64,000 nt of DNA from Burkholderiaceae bacterium (lineage in GTDB: Bacteria; Pseudomonadota; Gammaproteobacteria; Burkholderiales; Burkholderiaceae_F), in the NCBI GenBank assembly GCA_022843955.1, contig JALHMQ010000018.1:14560-78559 (forward strand), given 5' to 3'. A model generated the notes under the pieces. The model was not told the origin of the DNA. It saw only the letters and a program-made list of their open reading frames with translations, and made no database searches. Of the stretch, positions 1 to 9,989 are shown piece by piece (the first letter of the stretch is position 1; the number at the start of each line of letters is the position of its first letter). A program made the position numbers and the translations under genes.

Positions 1-1035
1 GCCAATGCGATGGACATAATCTTCGGCGTTGAACGGGACGTCGTAGTTGATGACGAACGGCAGATCGACAATGTCGAGTCCGCGCGCCGCCACATCGGTG
101 GCCACCAGCACCTCGATCTCGCCCTTCTTGAAGCCGTCGAGCGCCTTCATGCGCTCGTCTTGCGTCTTGTCGCCATGGATCGCGTCGGCATTCACGCCTG
201 CCTTCTGCAACTGGCGCGCAAGCCGGCGGCACTCGATCTTGGCGTTGACGAATACCAGCACCTGCTTGATCGGACCGCCGTCGTGACCGCCCGATTTCAG
301 CAGCGTGAGCAGCGCATCGGTCTTCTCGGAATCGTGCAGCTTGATGACATCCTGCCGAATCAACTCGGCGGTGGCATTGCGGCGGGCCACTTCGAGCAGT
401 TGCGGATCGCGCAGGAAGTTGGCCGCGAGCCGCTTGATTTCCTCGGAGAACGTGGCCGAGAACATCAGGCTCTGCCGTTCCTTCGGCAGCAGGTTCAGGA
501 TGCGCGAGATATCGGGCAAAAAGCCCATGTCGAGCATGCGGTCCGCTTCGTCGAGCACCACCATCTGCACTTGCGACAGCGAGGTGTTCTTCATCTGCAG
601 GTGATCGAGCAACCGGCCCGGCGTTGCCACGATGATCTCCACGCCTGCACGCAGCGCCTGCGTCTGCGGATCCATGTCCACGCCGCCGTACACCGTTGCA
701 CATTTCAGCGGTGTCTTGGCGATGTACTTCTTGACGTTCTCGGCCACCTGATCGGCCAGTTCTCGCGTCGGCGCAAGCACCAATGCTCGCACCGCGTGCC
801 GTGCCGGCGACATGCTGGTATTGGCGTGCGGCAACAGGCGCTGGATGATCGGCAGCGCGAAGCCCGCCGTCTTTCCGGTGCCGGTCTGGGCCGCGCCCAT
901 CACGTCCTTGCCCTGCATGACGATGGGAATCGCCTTGGACTGGATCGGCGTGGGCGTCGTGTAGCCCATTTCCTTGACGGCATCGACGATGCGCTGGTCA
1001 AGGCCAAAGTGGTCGAAATCGGTGTAGTCGGACAA
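1..1035 (-). CDS. rhlE: ATP-dependent DEAD-box RNA helicase (RhlE-like). The N-terminal part is present and the C-terminus lies beyond the window start.
   Basis: My minus-strand translation from TTG (1035-1033, with an in-frame TAG 12 nt upstream) gives MSDYTDFDHFGLDQRIVDAVKEMGYTTPTPIQSKAIP.. It contains motif I AAQTGTGKT, VVLDEADRMLDMGF (DEAD box), a SAT motif and ..YVHRIG at the window edge. It is absent from the ORF track because no stop lies in the window. The listed + ORF 10..1065 is its shadow. Confidence 0.9.
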   Translation of the reverse strand, partial: MSDYTDFDHFGLDQRIVDAVKEMGYTTPTPIQSKAIPIVMQGKDVMGAAQTGTGKTAGFALPIIQRLLPHANTSMSPARHAVRALVLAPTRELADQVAENVKKYIAKTPLKCATVYGGVDMDPQTQALRAGVEIIVATPGRLLDHLQMKNTSLSQVQMVVLDEADRMLDMGFLPDISRILNLLPKERQSLMFSATFSEEIKRLAANFLRDPQLLEVARRNATAELIRQDVIKLHDSEKTDALLTLLKSGGHDGGPIKQVLVFVNAKIECRRLARQLQKAGVNADAIHGDKTQDERMKALDGFKKGEIEVLVATDVAARGLDIVDLPFVINYDVPFNAEDYVHRIG

Positions 1036-1068
1036 TGGGTGCTTCTAGGTTCTGTTCGGAGTTGATAT

Positions 1069-1145
1069 TGGTGGGCCGTGTTGGACTTGAACCAACGACC
1101 AAAGGATTATGAGTCCTCTGCTCTGACCAACTGAGCTAACGGCCC
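1069..1145 (-). tRNA. ileX: tRNA with CAU anticodon, most likely tRNA-Ile2 (lysidine-modified, ileX-like) rather than elongator tRNA-Met
   Basis: The reverse complement reads GGGCCGTTAGCTCAGTTGGTCAGAGCAGAGGACTCATAATCCTTTGGTCGTTGGTTCAAGTCCAACACGGCCCACCA. It folds as a cloverleaf with a 7-bp acceptor stem, anticodon loop CTCATAA, T-loop GGTTCAAGTCC and an encoded CCA. Overall it is very similar to E. coli ileX, which also sits close to rpoD. Confidence 0.93.
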
Positions 1146-1158
1146 GGCCTGAAACGAC

Positions 1159-1189
1159 ACAGGGCCGCAACCTGTCGGCGCGGCCCTGT
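1159..1189 (-). terminator. Candidate terminator hairpin downstream of rpoD
   Basis: There is a 10-bp inverted repeat, ACAGGGCCGC (1159-1168) / GCGGCCCTGT (1180-1189), between the rpoD stop and the tRNA. The T tract that follows on the minus strand is weak (GTCGTTTC). Confidence 0.4.
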
Positions 1190-1252
1190 CGGGTTACAGC
1201 GGTCGCGGCGCAGGCCGCATCATGGCCGGGGTTCCGGCTCGGTTGTTTGACC

Positions 1253-3532
1253 TCATTCGAGAAAGCTCTTCAACTTGTCGGAACGGCTCGGGTGTCGCAG
1301 CTTGCGCAGCGCCTTGGCTTCGATCTGGCGGATCCGCTCGCGGGTGACGTCGAACTGCTTGCCCACTTCCTCAAGCGTGTGGTCGGTGGACATCTCGATG
1401 CCGAAGCGCATCCGCAGCACCTTGGCCTCGCGCGGCGTGAGTGAATCCAGCACTTCCTTGGTCACACCCGACAGCGAGTTGTACTGCGCGGCATCCACCG
1501 GGGCCACCGTGGTGGTGTCTTCGATGAAGTCGCCCAGGTGCGAGTCGTCGTCGTCTCCGATCGGCGACTCCATGCTGATTGGTTCTTTCGCGATCTTCAA
1601 GATCTTGCGGATCTTGTCTTCCGGCATCTCCATTTTGACCGCGAGCGTGGCGGGATCGGGCTCGCTGCCGGTCTCCTGCAGGATCTGGCGGCTGATCCGG
1701 TTCATCTTGTTGATCGTCTCGATCATGTGGACCGGGATGCGGATGGTGCGCGCCTGATCGGCGATCGAACGCGTGATGGCCTGGCGGATCCACCACGTGG
1801 CGTAGGTCGAGAACTTGTAGCCGCGGCGGTATTCGAACTTGTCGACCGCCTTCATCAGGCCGATGTTCCCCTCCTGGATCAGGTCGAGGAACTGCAGGCC
1901 GCGGTTGGTGTACTTCTTGGCGATAGAAATCACCAAGCGCAAATTGGCCTCGGTCATCTCGCGCTTGGCCTTGCGCGCCTTCGCCTCGCCGGTGGCCATC
2001 TGCTTGTAGACCTCGCGCAGGTCTTTTAGCGGCAGCACGACGCGCTTCTGCAGGTCGGACAGCTTGCCCTGCAACTCGTGCACGGCGGGCAGGTTGCGGA
2101 TCAGCACTTCCGAATACGGGTGGCCGCCCTCGGCCTCGCGCGAAGCCCAGCGCTGATTGGTCTCGTTGCCGGGGAAGTGCTTGAGGAAGTGCGGACGCGC
2201 CATGCCGCACTTGTTCACCATGATCTCGTAGATCTGCTTTTCCATGCTGCGCACTTCCTCGACCTGCGCGCGCAAGGAGTCGCACAGCCGCTCAACCATC
2301 TTGGCGGTGAAGCGCAGGCTCATCAGCTCATCAAGGATCTTCTGCTGCGACTTGACGTAGGCGGGCGACTTGTAACCTTCCTTCTGGAAGGCGACATACA
2401 TCTTGTCGAACAACTTGCGTACGTGGTCGAACTTCTCCAGCGCGGTCGCCTTGAGCTCGTCGAGCTGCGCGGCGGTCATGCCGGAGGCGCCGATGTCGGT
2501 GTTCTCCTCCTCGGCGTCCTCGTCTTCGTCGGCGTCGCGCACGGACGCCTTGGCAGGCGCCGGCTCCGAGTCGTCGACCAGGCCGTCGACCACCTCGTCG
2601 ATCGAAAATTCGGCACTGCGAATCTTGTCGCCGTGGACAAGGATTTCGGCGATGGTGGTCGGGCACGCTGAGATCGCCATCACCATGTGCTTGAGACCGT
2701 CTTCGATCCGTTTGGCGATCTCGATCTCGCCCTCGCGGGTGAGCAATTCCACCGAACCCATCTCGCGCATGTACATGCGCACCGGATCCGTGGTGCGGCC
2801 AAACTCGGCATCCACCGTGGACAGCGCTGCTTCAGCTTCTTCCTCTGCGTCATCGTCGGTCGTGGCCGCCGGCGCATTCGGATTCATCAGCAGCGTTTCG
2901 GCATCGGGAGCCTGATCGAAGATCTGGATCCCCATGTCGCCGAAGGTGCTCACCACCTGATCGATCGCCTCGGCATCGACCAGACTCTCGGGCAGGTGAT
3001 CGTTGATCTCGGCGTAGGTCAAGAAGCCGCGTTCCTTGCCCAGCTTGATGAGCGCCTTCAGCTTGTTGCGCCGTGCTTCGAGGTCTTCCTCGGTGCCGTG
3101 GTAGCTGCGCTCGAGCGCCTCTTTCAGCGCCTTTTCCTTGGCGCGACGGTCCTTTGCGCTCTTCTTGGTGGAGAGCTTCTCCACCACCTGAACACTGGGG
3201 TCGACGCTGTCGTCACTGGCCTCGGGCACGGCGTCAGCGCCATCACTTGCCATCGCCTCCTCGGTCTGCGCCTTGGGCTTGCGACCGGGCTTGCCCTTGG
3301 CGACGGCGGGCGGCGCGAGTCGCGCGGGTGCAGCCGACGCAACCACCTTGCGCACCGCGGCGGGCTTGACCACCACCACATCCTTCACGGCGGGTTTGGG
3401 CGCGGAACCCTTTTTCTCTACCGGGCTCGCCTTGGCACCCTTGGCGACCGTCTTCAGTTTGTCGCTCGCCGCCTTGGCCTTGGTCGCGCCGGTTGTCGCC
3501 TTCTTTACCGCTGCAACCTTCTTCGTCACCAT
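1253..3532 (-). CDS. rpoD: RNA polymerase sigma-70 factor RpoD, with a long Lys/Ala/Pro-rich N-terminal extension
   Basis: ORF-track 759 aa. It is near-identical to E. coli RpoD in regions 2-4 ([79 protein letters not shown]; [25 protein letters not shown]). Confidence 0.98.
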   Translation of the reverse strand: MVTKKVAAVKKATTGATKAKAASDKLKTVAKGAKASPVEKKGSAPKPAVKDVVVVKPAAVRKVVASAAPARLAPPAVAKGKPGRKPKAQTEEAMASDGADAVPEASDDSVDPSVQVVEKLSTKKSAKDRRAKEKALKEALERSYHGTEEDLEARRNKLKALIKLGKERGFLTYAEINDHLPESLVDAEAIDQVVSTFGDMGIQIFDQAPDAETLLMNPNAPAATTDDDAEEEAEAALSTVDAEFGRTTDPVRMYMREMGSVELLTREGEIEIAKRIEDGLKHMVMAISACPTTIAEILVHGDKIRSAEFSIDEVVDGLVDDSEPAPAKASVRDADEDEDAEEENTDIGASGMTAAQLDELKATALEKFDHVRKLFDKMYVAFQKEGYKSPAYVKSQQKILDELMSLRFTAKMVERLCDSLRAQVEEVRSMEKQIYEIMVNKCGMARPHFLKHFPGNETNQRWASREAEGGHPYSEVLIRNLPAVHELQGKLSDLQKRVVLPLKDLREVYKQMATGEAKARKAKREMTEANLRLVISIAKKYTNRGLQFLDLIQEGNIGLMKAVDKFEYRRGYKFSTYATWWIRQAITRSIADQARTIRIPVHMIETINKMNRISRQILQETGSEPDPATLAVKMEMPEDKIRKILKIAKEPISMESPIGDDDDSHLGDFIEDTTTVAPVDAAQYNSLSGVTKEVLDSLTPREAKVLRMRFGIEMSTDHTLEEVGKQFDVTRERIRQIEAKALRKLRHPSRSDKLKSFLE

Positions 3533-4081
3533 GCTTGTGCCTGCCTTACGCCCGCTTCGGGCTACTCGCCGTGCCGGCCAGAGCGCCGGTGGCTTCAGTT
3601 AATTGGAGTGCTCACTTTGTCGCCGGTTCTACCGGCTCGCTCAGCGCTTCCTTACCCAACGGGACATCGGGCTTATCGCCCACTCACCCAGTGACTTGGG
3701 GGCTAAGCGCTGCCGGACAACCGGTGGGTGCCGCTCGATCAAGACAGCAGAAAATCGCGTCAGCCTGCCAGCCCGGAACAAGCGCGACGAGAACGGCAAC
3801 TGGCCCGCATGGCGGCCGCACGTTAACGTTGGAACACTCGATCAAGCTGACCACACTTGCGCAAGTCGACTGCAATGCTTGGGCGTACTACCGTCAGAAG
3901 CGCCTTTCTTGCGGTGTCTTGCCATCGTCAACGAGTGGCCCCGCGGCGCCGATGCTGCCTCGTCGTTGGATGCGCTCGGATCTACGAGTCGCCGACCGGC
4001 AGCCTGTGCTGAGCACCCAATCAGGTACTTTTTTCAGCAAGCCGTGCATTCTAGCAGCGGAATGACAAAAGGCCAGTCCAT

Positions 4082-5863
4082 TCAGTGACTTGCCCGTCCA
4101 TCCGCATCGCTCCGCGGCAGCTTCAAGCGAACTCGCCGTTCCGACAGTTCTCGAATGCGCGATTTCACTTCCTCGTTCAACTCCAGTTGCATGAGCCGGC
4201 CAAGCTCCGCCTCCAACCTGCGCAGTTCGAGCTTCGTGAACCCCTCCACCAAGTCCTCCCGCGCCGCCGCGGGGTCATCGGCCATGGCCATGTCCCGGGC
4301 CGCAAGTTCGCGGTAGACCTCGGCAAACTCGCTGTCGGCCAGCGCTTCGACCAATGCACCGCTCGAGGTGCCGGCGCCGCCGGTGGACGCGCGCCACACT
4401 TCAGCAATTTGGCGGTCAATCACCTCCGTACTTTCCAATGACTCATCGGCGATCTGGGCATTGAACTCCCGGGCGAGTTCCGGAAACGAAATGAGCCGCC
4501 GCAAGATGTGTGCCTTCAAATCGCCTGCATCGCGGGGGGCTCGATCCCGGCTGCGGGAGTCCTGCCTCTGCGACGGAAGGCGCCGCCACTTCTTGAGGCC
4601 AAAGAGGGTCTCGATGTCCTCCATCGCCGTTCGTGCAGCGTCTGCCAATTCACGCGCAAGCTGCAACCGAAGTGCCCCGGCGGGCATCGATTCGAGCAGC
4701 GGCTGCGCCTCGGCCAGCATCGCCGCCCGATCTTCTGCCTCATCCAGGTTGCGCCCTTCGCCCAGCGTGCGCACAAACCAGCGCGACAGGGGCAGCGCCC
4801 GGCTGAGTTCGTCCTCGAAGGCGCCGGCGCCATGCGCCCTGATCAGACTGTCCGGGTCTTCTCCCTGGGGCAGCAGGACAAAGCTGGCGCGTTTGGAATC
4901 CGCAATCACAGGGAGACACGCTTCCAGCGCACGGCGCGCCGCCTTGCGTCCGGCGGCGTCGCCATCGAACGCGAAGTACACGTGGTCAGTCAAGCGGAAG
5001 AGGATCGCCACATGCTGGGCGGTCACCGCTGTACCGAGCGCCGCAAGCGACTCGCCGAAACCAGCTTGGGCGAGCTGGATGACGTCCATGTAGCCCTCGC
5101 AGACGATGGCCCGCTTGCGCGTTCGAACTGCCTCCTGGGCCTCGAACACGCCATACAGTTCCTGTCCCTTGTGAAACACCGGCGTCTCGGGGGAATTCAG
5201 GTACTTCGGTTCCCCCGCACCGAGGATGCGCGCGCCAAAACCGATCACCGCGCCGCGGCGGTTGCGGATCGGGAACATGATCCGGCCGCGGAAGCGGTCG
5301 TAGCGCTTACCTTCGTCTCCGACGATCACGAGTCCGGCCTCGGCCAGGCGGGGATCGTCGTAGCTTTCTAGCGTTGTCTTCAGCGGCTGCCAGGTGTCAG
5401 GCGCGAATCCGAGCGCGAAGCGCGCAGCGGTCTGCCCAGTCACGCCTCGACCCTTGAGATACTCGATGGCCACTTCGCTCGTCTTGAGCTCACGGCGATA
5501 GAACTCCGCAGCCTTGCCGAGCAACTCGCTGAGCCCGCGGCTTCGATGCGCAAGCTCGCTATCCGAGCGGACGGCCTCCGGAACCGTGAGGCCGGCTTGC
5601 TGCGCCAGTTCGTGAATCGCCTCGACATAAGACAACCCGCGCTGATCCATCAAGAAGCCGATGGCGCTGCCATGCGCACCGCAGCCGAAGCAGTGATAAA
5701 ACTGCTTGGATGGGCTGACTGTGAACGATGGCGACTTCTCGCCATGGAACGGACACAGCCCAAGGAAGTTCTGGCCGGCTTTCTTCAGCTGAACGTGACG
5801 TCCGACGACATCGACGATGTCGATGCGCGCGATCAGGTCTTGAATGAAGCCCTGCGGGATCAT
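4082..5863 (-). CDS. dnaG: DNA primase DnaG
   Basis: Lies in ORF 4082..6025. I moved the start to the in-frame ATG at 5863 (MIPQGFIQDLIARIDIVDVV..), which matches the canonical primase N-terminus. It has the zinc ribbon CPFHGEKSPSFTVSPSKQFYHCFGCGAHG and a TOPRIM region (IVCEGYMDV). Confidence 0.96.
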   Translation of the reverse strand: MIPQGFIQDLIARIDIVDVVGRHVQLKKAGQNFLGLCPFHGEKSPSFTVSPSKQFYHCFGCGAHGSAIGFLMDQRGLSYVEAIHELAQQAGLTVPEAVRSDSELAHRSRGLSELLGKAAEFYRRELKTSEVAIEYLKGRGVTGQTAARFALGFAPDTWQPLKTTLESYDDPRLAEAGLVIVGDEGKRYDRFRGRIMFPIRNRRGAVIGFGARILGAGEPKYLNSPETPVFHKGQELYGVFEAQEAVRTRKRAIVCEGYMDVIQLAQAGFGESLAALGTAVTAQHVAILFRLTDHVYFAFDGDAAGRKAARRALEACLPVIADSKRASFVLLPQGEDPDSLIRAHGAGAFEDELSRALPLSRWFVRTLGEGRNLDEAEDRAAMLAEAQPLLESMPAGALRLQLARELADAARTAMEDIETLFGLKKWRRLPSQRQDSRSRDRAPRDAGDLKAHILRRLISFPELAREFNAQIADESLESTEVIDRQIAEVWRASTGGAGTSSGALVEALADSEFAEVYRELAARDMAMADDPAAAREDLVEGFTKLELRRLEAELGRLMQLELNEEVKSRIRELSERRVRLKLPRSDADGRASH

Positions 5864-5882
5864 GCAGGCGCTCGCGCGGGGA

Positions 5883-6335
5883 TCAGCCGGCGAGTCTTTG
5901 CTTGACCAGGGCAGACGCGTGACCGAGGTCAGCGCGTCCGGCGATGCGCGGCTTGAGCGCGGCCATGACCTTGCCCATCGCCGCCGAGCTGCGGTCGCCC
6001 GCCGCTGCTTGCGCAATTGCCGCATCCACGGCCGCCATCAGTTCGGCCTCATCCAGTTGCTGCGGCAGATAGGACGAAAGCAACTGGAGTTCTGCTTTCT
6101 CCTTGTCGGCCAGATCCGTCCGACCTGCCTGCTCGAACTGGGTGATGGAATCGCGCCGTTGCTTGATCAGCTTCTCGATGATGGCCACGATCGCCGTGTC
6201 ATCGGCAACGAGTCGCTCGTCGACTTCCTTCTGCTTGATCGATGCCTGGAGATAGCGAATCGCACCGAGCCGAGGCGCATCCTTCGCGCGCATGGCCGAT
6301 TTCATGTCTTCGTTGATCCGGTCTTTTAATGACAT
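5883..6335 (-). CDS. GatB/YqeY domain-containing protein
   Basis: Lies in ORF 5883..6392. The likely start is the ATG at 6335 (MSLKDRINEDMKSAMRAKDAPRLGAIRYLQASIKQKEVDE..), typical of the YqeY family. It sits between rpsU and dnaG, as in many betaproteobacteria. Confidence 0.88.
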   Translation of the reverse strand: MSLKDRINEDMKSAMRAKDAPRLGAIRYLQASIKQKEVDERLVADDTAIVAIIEKLIKQRRDSITQFEQAGRTDLADKEKAELQLLSSYLPQQLDEAELMAAVDAAIAQAAAGDRSSAAMGKVMAALKPRIAGRADLGHASALVKQRLAG

Positions 6336-6400
6336 GGGCGCTCCAGAAAGCGAAAGCGCGCCGGGAGGCGCGCTTTGGAACTCCGCTTGCAATGCAGCGG

Positions 6401-6613
6401 TCAGTACATTTTCTTCGGCAGCATCTGACTGCGCAGACGCTTGTAATGCCGCTTGACCGCAGCGGACTTCTTGCGTTTGCGTTCGGCCGTAGGCTTTTCA
6501 TAGAACTCGCGCGCGCGCAACTCGGTCAGCAGACCGCTTTTCTCGATGGTGCGCTTGAAGCGCCGCAGGGCGACTTCAAATGGCTCGTTTTCCTTGACGC
6601 GAACGGTGGGCAT
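6401..6613 (-). CDS. rpsU: 30S ribosomal protein S21
   Basis: 70-aa [52 protein letters not shown].. It is the first gene of the rpsU-dnaG-rpoD operon. Confidence 0.98.
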   Translation of the reverse strand: MPTVRVKENEPFEVALRRFKRTIEKSGLLTELRAREFYEKPTAERKRKKSAAVKRHYKRLRSQMLPKKMY

Positions 6614-6800
6614 GAAATTCCTAAACTCCTGTTAAGTCGATGCAGCTCGTGGGGGGCCGAAAAAGCGAGCTGCCGGCGGAAAGCGCGGGATTGTAGTCGA
6701 CCTGGCGCGTCCGCGGCAAGCCACCCTCTGCCGGCCGCAAACCGCATCGGGCGGCGCCTAAACTGGTTGCCTTGCCAGTGCCTCACCCACCGCCCACCCC

Positions 6801-7820
6801 ATGCTGATTCTCGGAATCGAGACCTCCTGCGATGAGACGGGACTTGCGCTCTTTGACAGCGAGGCCGGGTTGCTGTCGCACGCGCTTCACTCGCAAGTCG
6901 ACATGCACCGTGCCTATGGAGGCGTGGTTCCGGAACTCGCCTCGCGCGACCACATTCGTCGTGTACTTCCGCTGCTCGACGAGTGCCTGCGCCAGGCCGA
7001 CCGGACCAAGGGCGATATCGATGCGATCGCCGTCACAGTCGGCCCGGGGCTGGCCGGCGCGCTGCTGGTGGGTGCCAGCATCGGATACGCGCTGGGCTGG
7101 GCACTCAACAGGCCCGTGGTGGGCGTCCACCACCTTGAAGGTCACTTGCTGTCGCCGCTGCTCGCCGATCCAGCCCCGGCGTTTCCGTTCGTGGCCTTGC
7201 TCGTCTCCGGCGGCCACACCCAACTGATGCGGGTCGACGGACTGGGCGACTACGCCCTGCTGGGCGAAACGCTGGACGACGCGGCGGGCGAAGCCTTCGA
7301 CAAGACGGCGCAGTTGCTTGGCCTCGGCTATCCCGGCGGACCGGCGGTCTCCCGCTTGGCCGACTTTGGAACAGCCGGCGCGGTCACCCTGCCGCGCCCG
7401 CTCTTGCACAGCAAGGACCTGAATTTCAGCTTCAGCGGGCTGAAGACCGCTGTGCTGACCGCCGTGCGCCGCATCGACAACACCTGCGAGCAGGCCAAGG
7501 CAGATATCGCGCTGGGCTTCGTGCAGGCACTGGTGGATGTCGTCGCCGCGAAGTCGTTCGCGGCACTCGCCAGCACGGGACTGCGGCGATTGGTCGTGGC
7601 CGGCGGCGTCGGCGCGAACCGCCAGTTGCGTGAGAGGCTGACCGACATGGCCCGGCGCCATGACGTGGAACTCTTCTTTCCCCCAATGGCGCTCTGCACG
7701 GACAACGGCGCCATGATCGCTCGCGCTGGTCTCGCCCGCATCGAGAAGAGCGCTGCGGCAACGTCGTCGTTTGCCGTGCGCCCCCGCTGGAGCCTGACCG
7801 ACGCTGGTCGGACTGAATGA
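6801..7820 (+). CDS. tsaD: tRNA N6-adenosine threonylcarbamoyltransferase TsaD (Gcp/Kae1 family)
   Basis: 339 aa, [19 protein letters not shown].., with [12 protein letters not shown] and SGGHTQL motifs. It is divergent from rpsU. Confidence 0.96.
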   Translation: MLILGIETSCDETGLALFDSEAGLLSHALHSQVDMHRAYGGVVPELASRDHIRRVLPLLDECLRQADRTKGDIDAIAVTVGPGLAGALLVGASIGYALGWALNRPVVGVHHLEGHLLSPLLADPAPAFPFVALLVSGGHTQLMRVDGLGDYALLGETLDDAAGEAFDKTAQLLGLGYPGGPAVSRLADFGTAGAVTLPRPLLHSKDLNFSFSGLKTAVLTAVRRIDNTCEQAKADIALGFVQALVDVVAAKSFAALASTGLRRLVVAGGVGANRQLRERLTDMARRHDVELFFPPMALCTDNGAMIARAGLARIEKSAAATSSFAVRPRWSLTDAGRTE

Positions 7821-7837
7821 GCGGGGGATCGCTCGCC

Positions 7838-8464
7838 TCAATGGCGTGCGGCGGCTGACTTTGCGCCGATCTTGCGCTCTTTGCCGTTCAACAAGTTGGC
7901 GATGTTCTGCTGGTGGCGAAACACCAAAAGCAGGGCCATCAAAGCAATCGCTCCAAGAGTGGCATTGAATCCCCAGATAAACGCCTGGATGAAGGGCGCA
8001 GCAATGGCAGCGACGATCGACGCCGCCGACGAATAGCGGAAGAAGAATGCCACCAGGAGCCAAAGCACGCAGGTCGCCAGGCCGAGCCAAGGATTGACGA
8101 TCAGCACCACGCCGATGAACGTGGCGACGCCCTTGCCACCCTGAAAGCGGAAGAACACCGGGAACAGATGACCGACGAACGCCGCCGCACCGGCCCAGGC
8201 CGCCGTCGCCTCACCGAGCCCGAAGCTCGGGCCGAACCGCCAGACGAGCCAAACGGCAATCACACCCTTGATCGCGTCGCCCAGCAGCGTCAGGACCGCC
8301 GCCGGCTTGCTGCCACTGCGCAGCACGTTAGTCGCGCCCGGGTTGCCTGAACCATAGCTCCGCGGATCGGCGAGCCCGAAGAGTCGACTGATGACGACGG
8401 CGAACGAGATCGATCCCAGCAGGTAGCCAGCCGCGAGGGCAAAGACGACGTAGGCGGTGTCCAT
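7838..8464 (-). CDS. plsY: Glycerol-3-phosphate acyltransferase PlsY
   Basis: 208-aa polytopic membrane protein with the SGNPGATNVLR signature. Confidence 0.94.
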   Translation of the reverse strand: MDTAYVVFALAAGYLLGSISFAVVISRLFGLADPRSYGSGNPGATNVLRSGSKPAAVLTLLGDAIKGVIAVWLVWRFGPSFGLGEATAAWAGAAAFVGHLFPVFFRFQGGKGVATFIGVVLIVNPWLGLATCVLWLLVAFFFRYSSAASIVAAIAAPFIQAFIWGFNATLGAIALMALLLVFRHQQNIANLLNGKERKIGAKSAAARH

Positions 8465-8476
8465 AGATAGGAGCTT

Positions 8477-8968
8477 TCAGTCTTCCAGGGCGCAGTCGAC
8501 CGGCACCGCCCGCAGGCTCTCGGTCAGCACGATGGGGTCGACACTCACGAGATAGCCTCGGCGACCGCCGTTGATGTAGATCCGCGGCAACGCCAGGACA
8601 GTACGCTCAACGAAGACCGGCATGGACTTGCGCGTGCCGAAGGGTGAGGTGCCGCCCACCTGGTAGCCGCTATGGCGCTGAGCCATCTCCGGCGGACAGG
8701 GTTCGATGCGCTTGCGACTCGTCTGGCGCGCCAGGTTCTTGGTCGATACGATGCGATCGCCGTGCATGAGAACGATGAGCGGCTTGTTCGACTCATCGGC
8801 CATCACCAGGGTCTTGACCACCGCGTGCTCGTCGACCCCAAGTGCGGCCGCCGACACGGCCGTTCCACCATGTTCCACGTACTCGTAGACATGCTCGCCG
8901 AAGGGCACGCCTTGGCGCTTGAGCCATTGCGTCGCCGGCGTTTCCGAAACGTGGGGCGTCTTCGCCAT
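8477..8968 (-). CDS. ybaK: Cys-tRNA(Pro)/Cys-tRNA(Cys) deacylase, YbaK/EbsC family
   Basis: Lies in ORF 8477..8977, whose first codon is TTG. I prefer the ATG at 8968 (MAKTPHV..). It resembles YbaK over its full length (..SGYQVGGTSPFG..YINGGRRG..). Confidence 0.85.
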   Translation of the reverse strand: MAKTPHVSETPATQWLKRQGVPFGEHVYEYVEHGGTAVSAAALGVDEHAVVKTLVMADESNKPLIVLMHGDRIVSTKNLARQTSRKRIEPCPPEMAQRHSGYQVGGTSPFGTRKSMPVFVERTVLALPRIYINGGRRGYLVSVDPIVLTESLRAVPVDCALED

Positions 8969-8973
8969 CGCTG

Positions 8974-9978
8974 TCAACCGCGCGGGTGATGTCGGGCGTG
9001 CAGCGACTTCAATCGTTCACGTGCGACATGGGTGTAGATCTGCGTGGTGGAAATGTCGGCGTGGCCAAGCAGCATCTGAACGACGCGCAAGTCTGCGCCG
9101 TGGTTGAGCAGATGCGTAGCAAAGGCATGGCGCAATCCATGCGGAGACAGCGGCGCCGTGATACCGGCGACCAGTGCGTAGCGCTTGATGAGCTTCCAAA
9201 ACATCTGCCGTGACATCGCCGACCCCTGCTGAGTCACGAAAACCGCGTCCGAACTGCGCCCCGCCAGCACCGCCTGCCGTCCCGCCGTGAGGTAACTCTG
9301 CATCCAGTCGCGCGCTTGTTCTCCCATGGGCACCACGCGCTCCTTCGACCCCTTCCCCATGACACGCACCAGGCCTTCGTTGAGCGACAGCTCGATCATG
9401 CGCAGATTGACCAGTTCTGACACTCGCAATCCGGTGGCGTACAGGAGTTCGACCATGGCGCGGTCACGCAATCCAAGGGTCGTCGCCGTATCCGGAGCGG
9501 CAAGCAAAGCCTCGACATGATCCTGGCTCAAAGCAATCGGAAAACGCGCTGGCTGCCGCGAAGCAGCCAGCCGAAGCGTCGGATCGGCCGCGATATGCGC
9601 TTCGCGCAGAGCCCATCGATAGAAACGTCGAAAGGTCGCCAAGCGTCGATTGGCCGTCGATGCGCGAGAGAAGTCATGCTGCGCCGAGAAATAAGCCTGC
9701 AGATCTGCTTCGCCCAATGCGATCAGCGAGCGTCCGGGATACGTCCCGGACAGCGCGTCGAGATCGCGCCGATAGGCGGCAAGCGAGTTGGGCGCGAGCC
9801 CGTCTTCCAGCCACAGACTGTCGATGAAAGCGTCAACCAGCGGATCCGAGTTGGCCTTTGCCGATTCACTCGGCCCCGCTGCGCGCTGCGCCGACGTTCG
9901 CCTCGCACTTGCTCCGGTCCGTGGAACGCCTGCGCGCGGCGCTCGCGGCATCGCCTGCATCGCCCCTCGGATCATCAC
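8974..9978 (-). CDS. xerD: Site-specific tyrosine recombinase XerD
   Basis: Collinear with E. coli XerD (FIDSLWLEDGLAPNSLAAYRRDL .. ELLYATGLRVSELV .. SPHGLRHAFATHLLNHGADLRVVQMLLGHADISTTQIYTHVARERL). The start is uncertain: there is a roughly 45-aa N-terminal extension with several candidate Met/Val codons. Confidence 0.93.
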   Translation of the reverse strand: MMIRGAMQAMPRAPRAGVPRTGASARRTSAQRAAGPSESAKANSDPLVDAFIDSLWLEDGLAPNSLAAYRRDLDALSGTYPGRSLIALGEADLQAYFSAQHDFSRASTANRRLATFRRFYRWALREAHIAADPTLRLAASRQPARFPIALSQDHVEALLAAPDTATTLGLRDRAMVELLYATGLRVSELVNLRMIELSLNEGLVRVMGKGSKERVVPMGEQARDWMQSYLTAGRQAVLAGRSSDAVFVTQQGSAMSRQMFWKLIKRYALVAGITAPLSPHGLRHAFATHLLNHGADLRVVQMLLGHADISTTQIYTHVARERLKSLHARHHPRG

Positions 9979-9989
9979 CCTTAGCCGGA

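Noticed and set aside
10-1065. 351-aa plus-strand ORF covering the window start
   Set aside because: Its Arg/His/Leu/Gly-rich product has no recognisable motifs. The opposite strand encodes a textbook DEAD-box helicase (GTGKT, DEAD, SAT motifs). This is a shadow ORF typical of high-GC DNA.
3493-4088. Plus-strand ORFs of 190 and 161 aa in the dnaG-rpoD gap
   Set aside because: Their products are Cys/Arg/Ser-rich with no SD. They are on the strand opposite to the operon. I treat the region as a non-coding leader or promoter region.
8974-9978. Tyrosine recombinase as a marker of an integrated mobile element
   Set aside because: It is full-length collinear with chromosomal XerD. It has housekeeping neighbours (ybaK, plsY), the adjacent tRNA is not at its border, and I see no att-like repeats or phage/IS genes.
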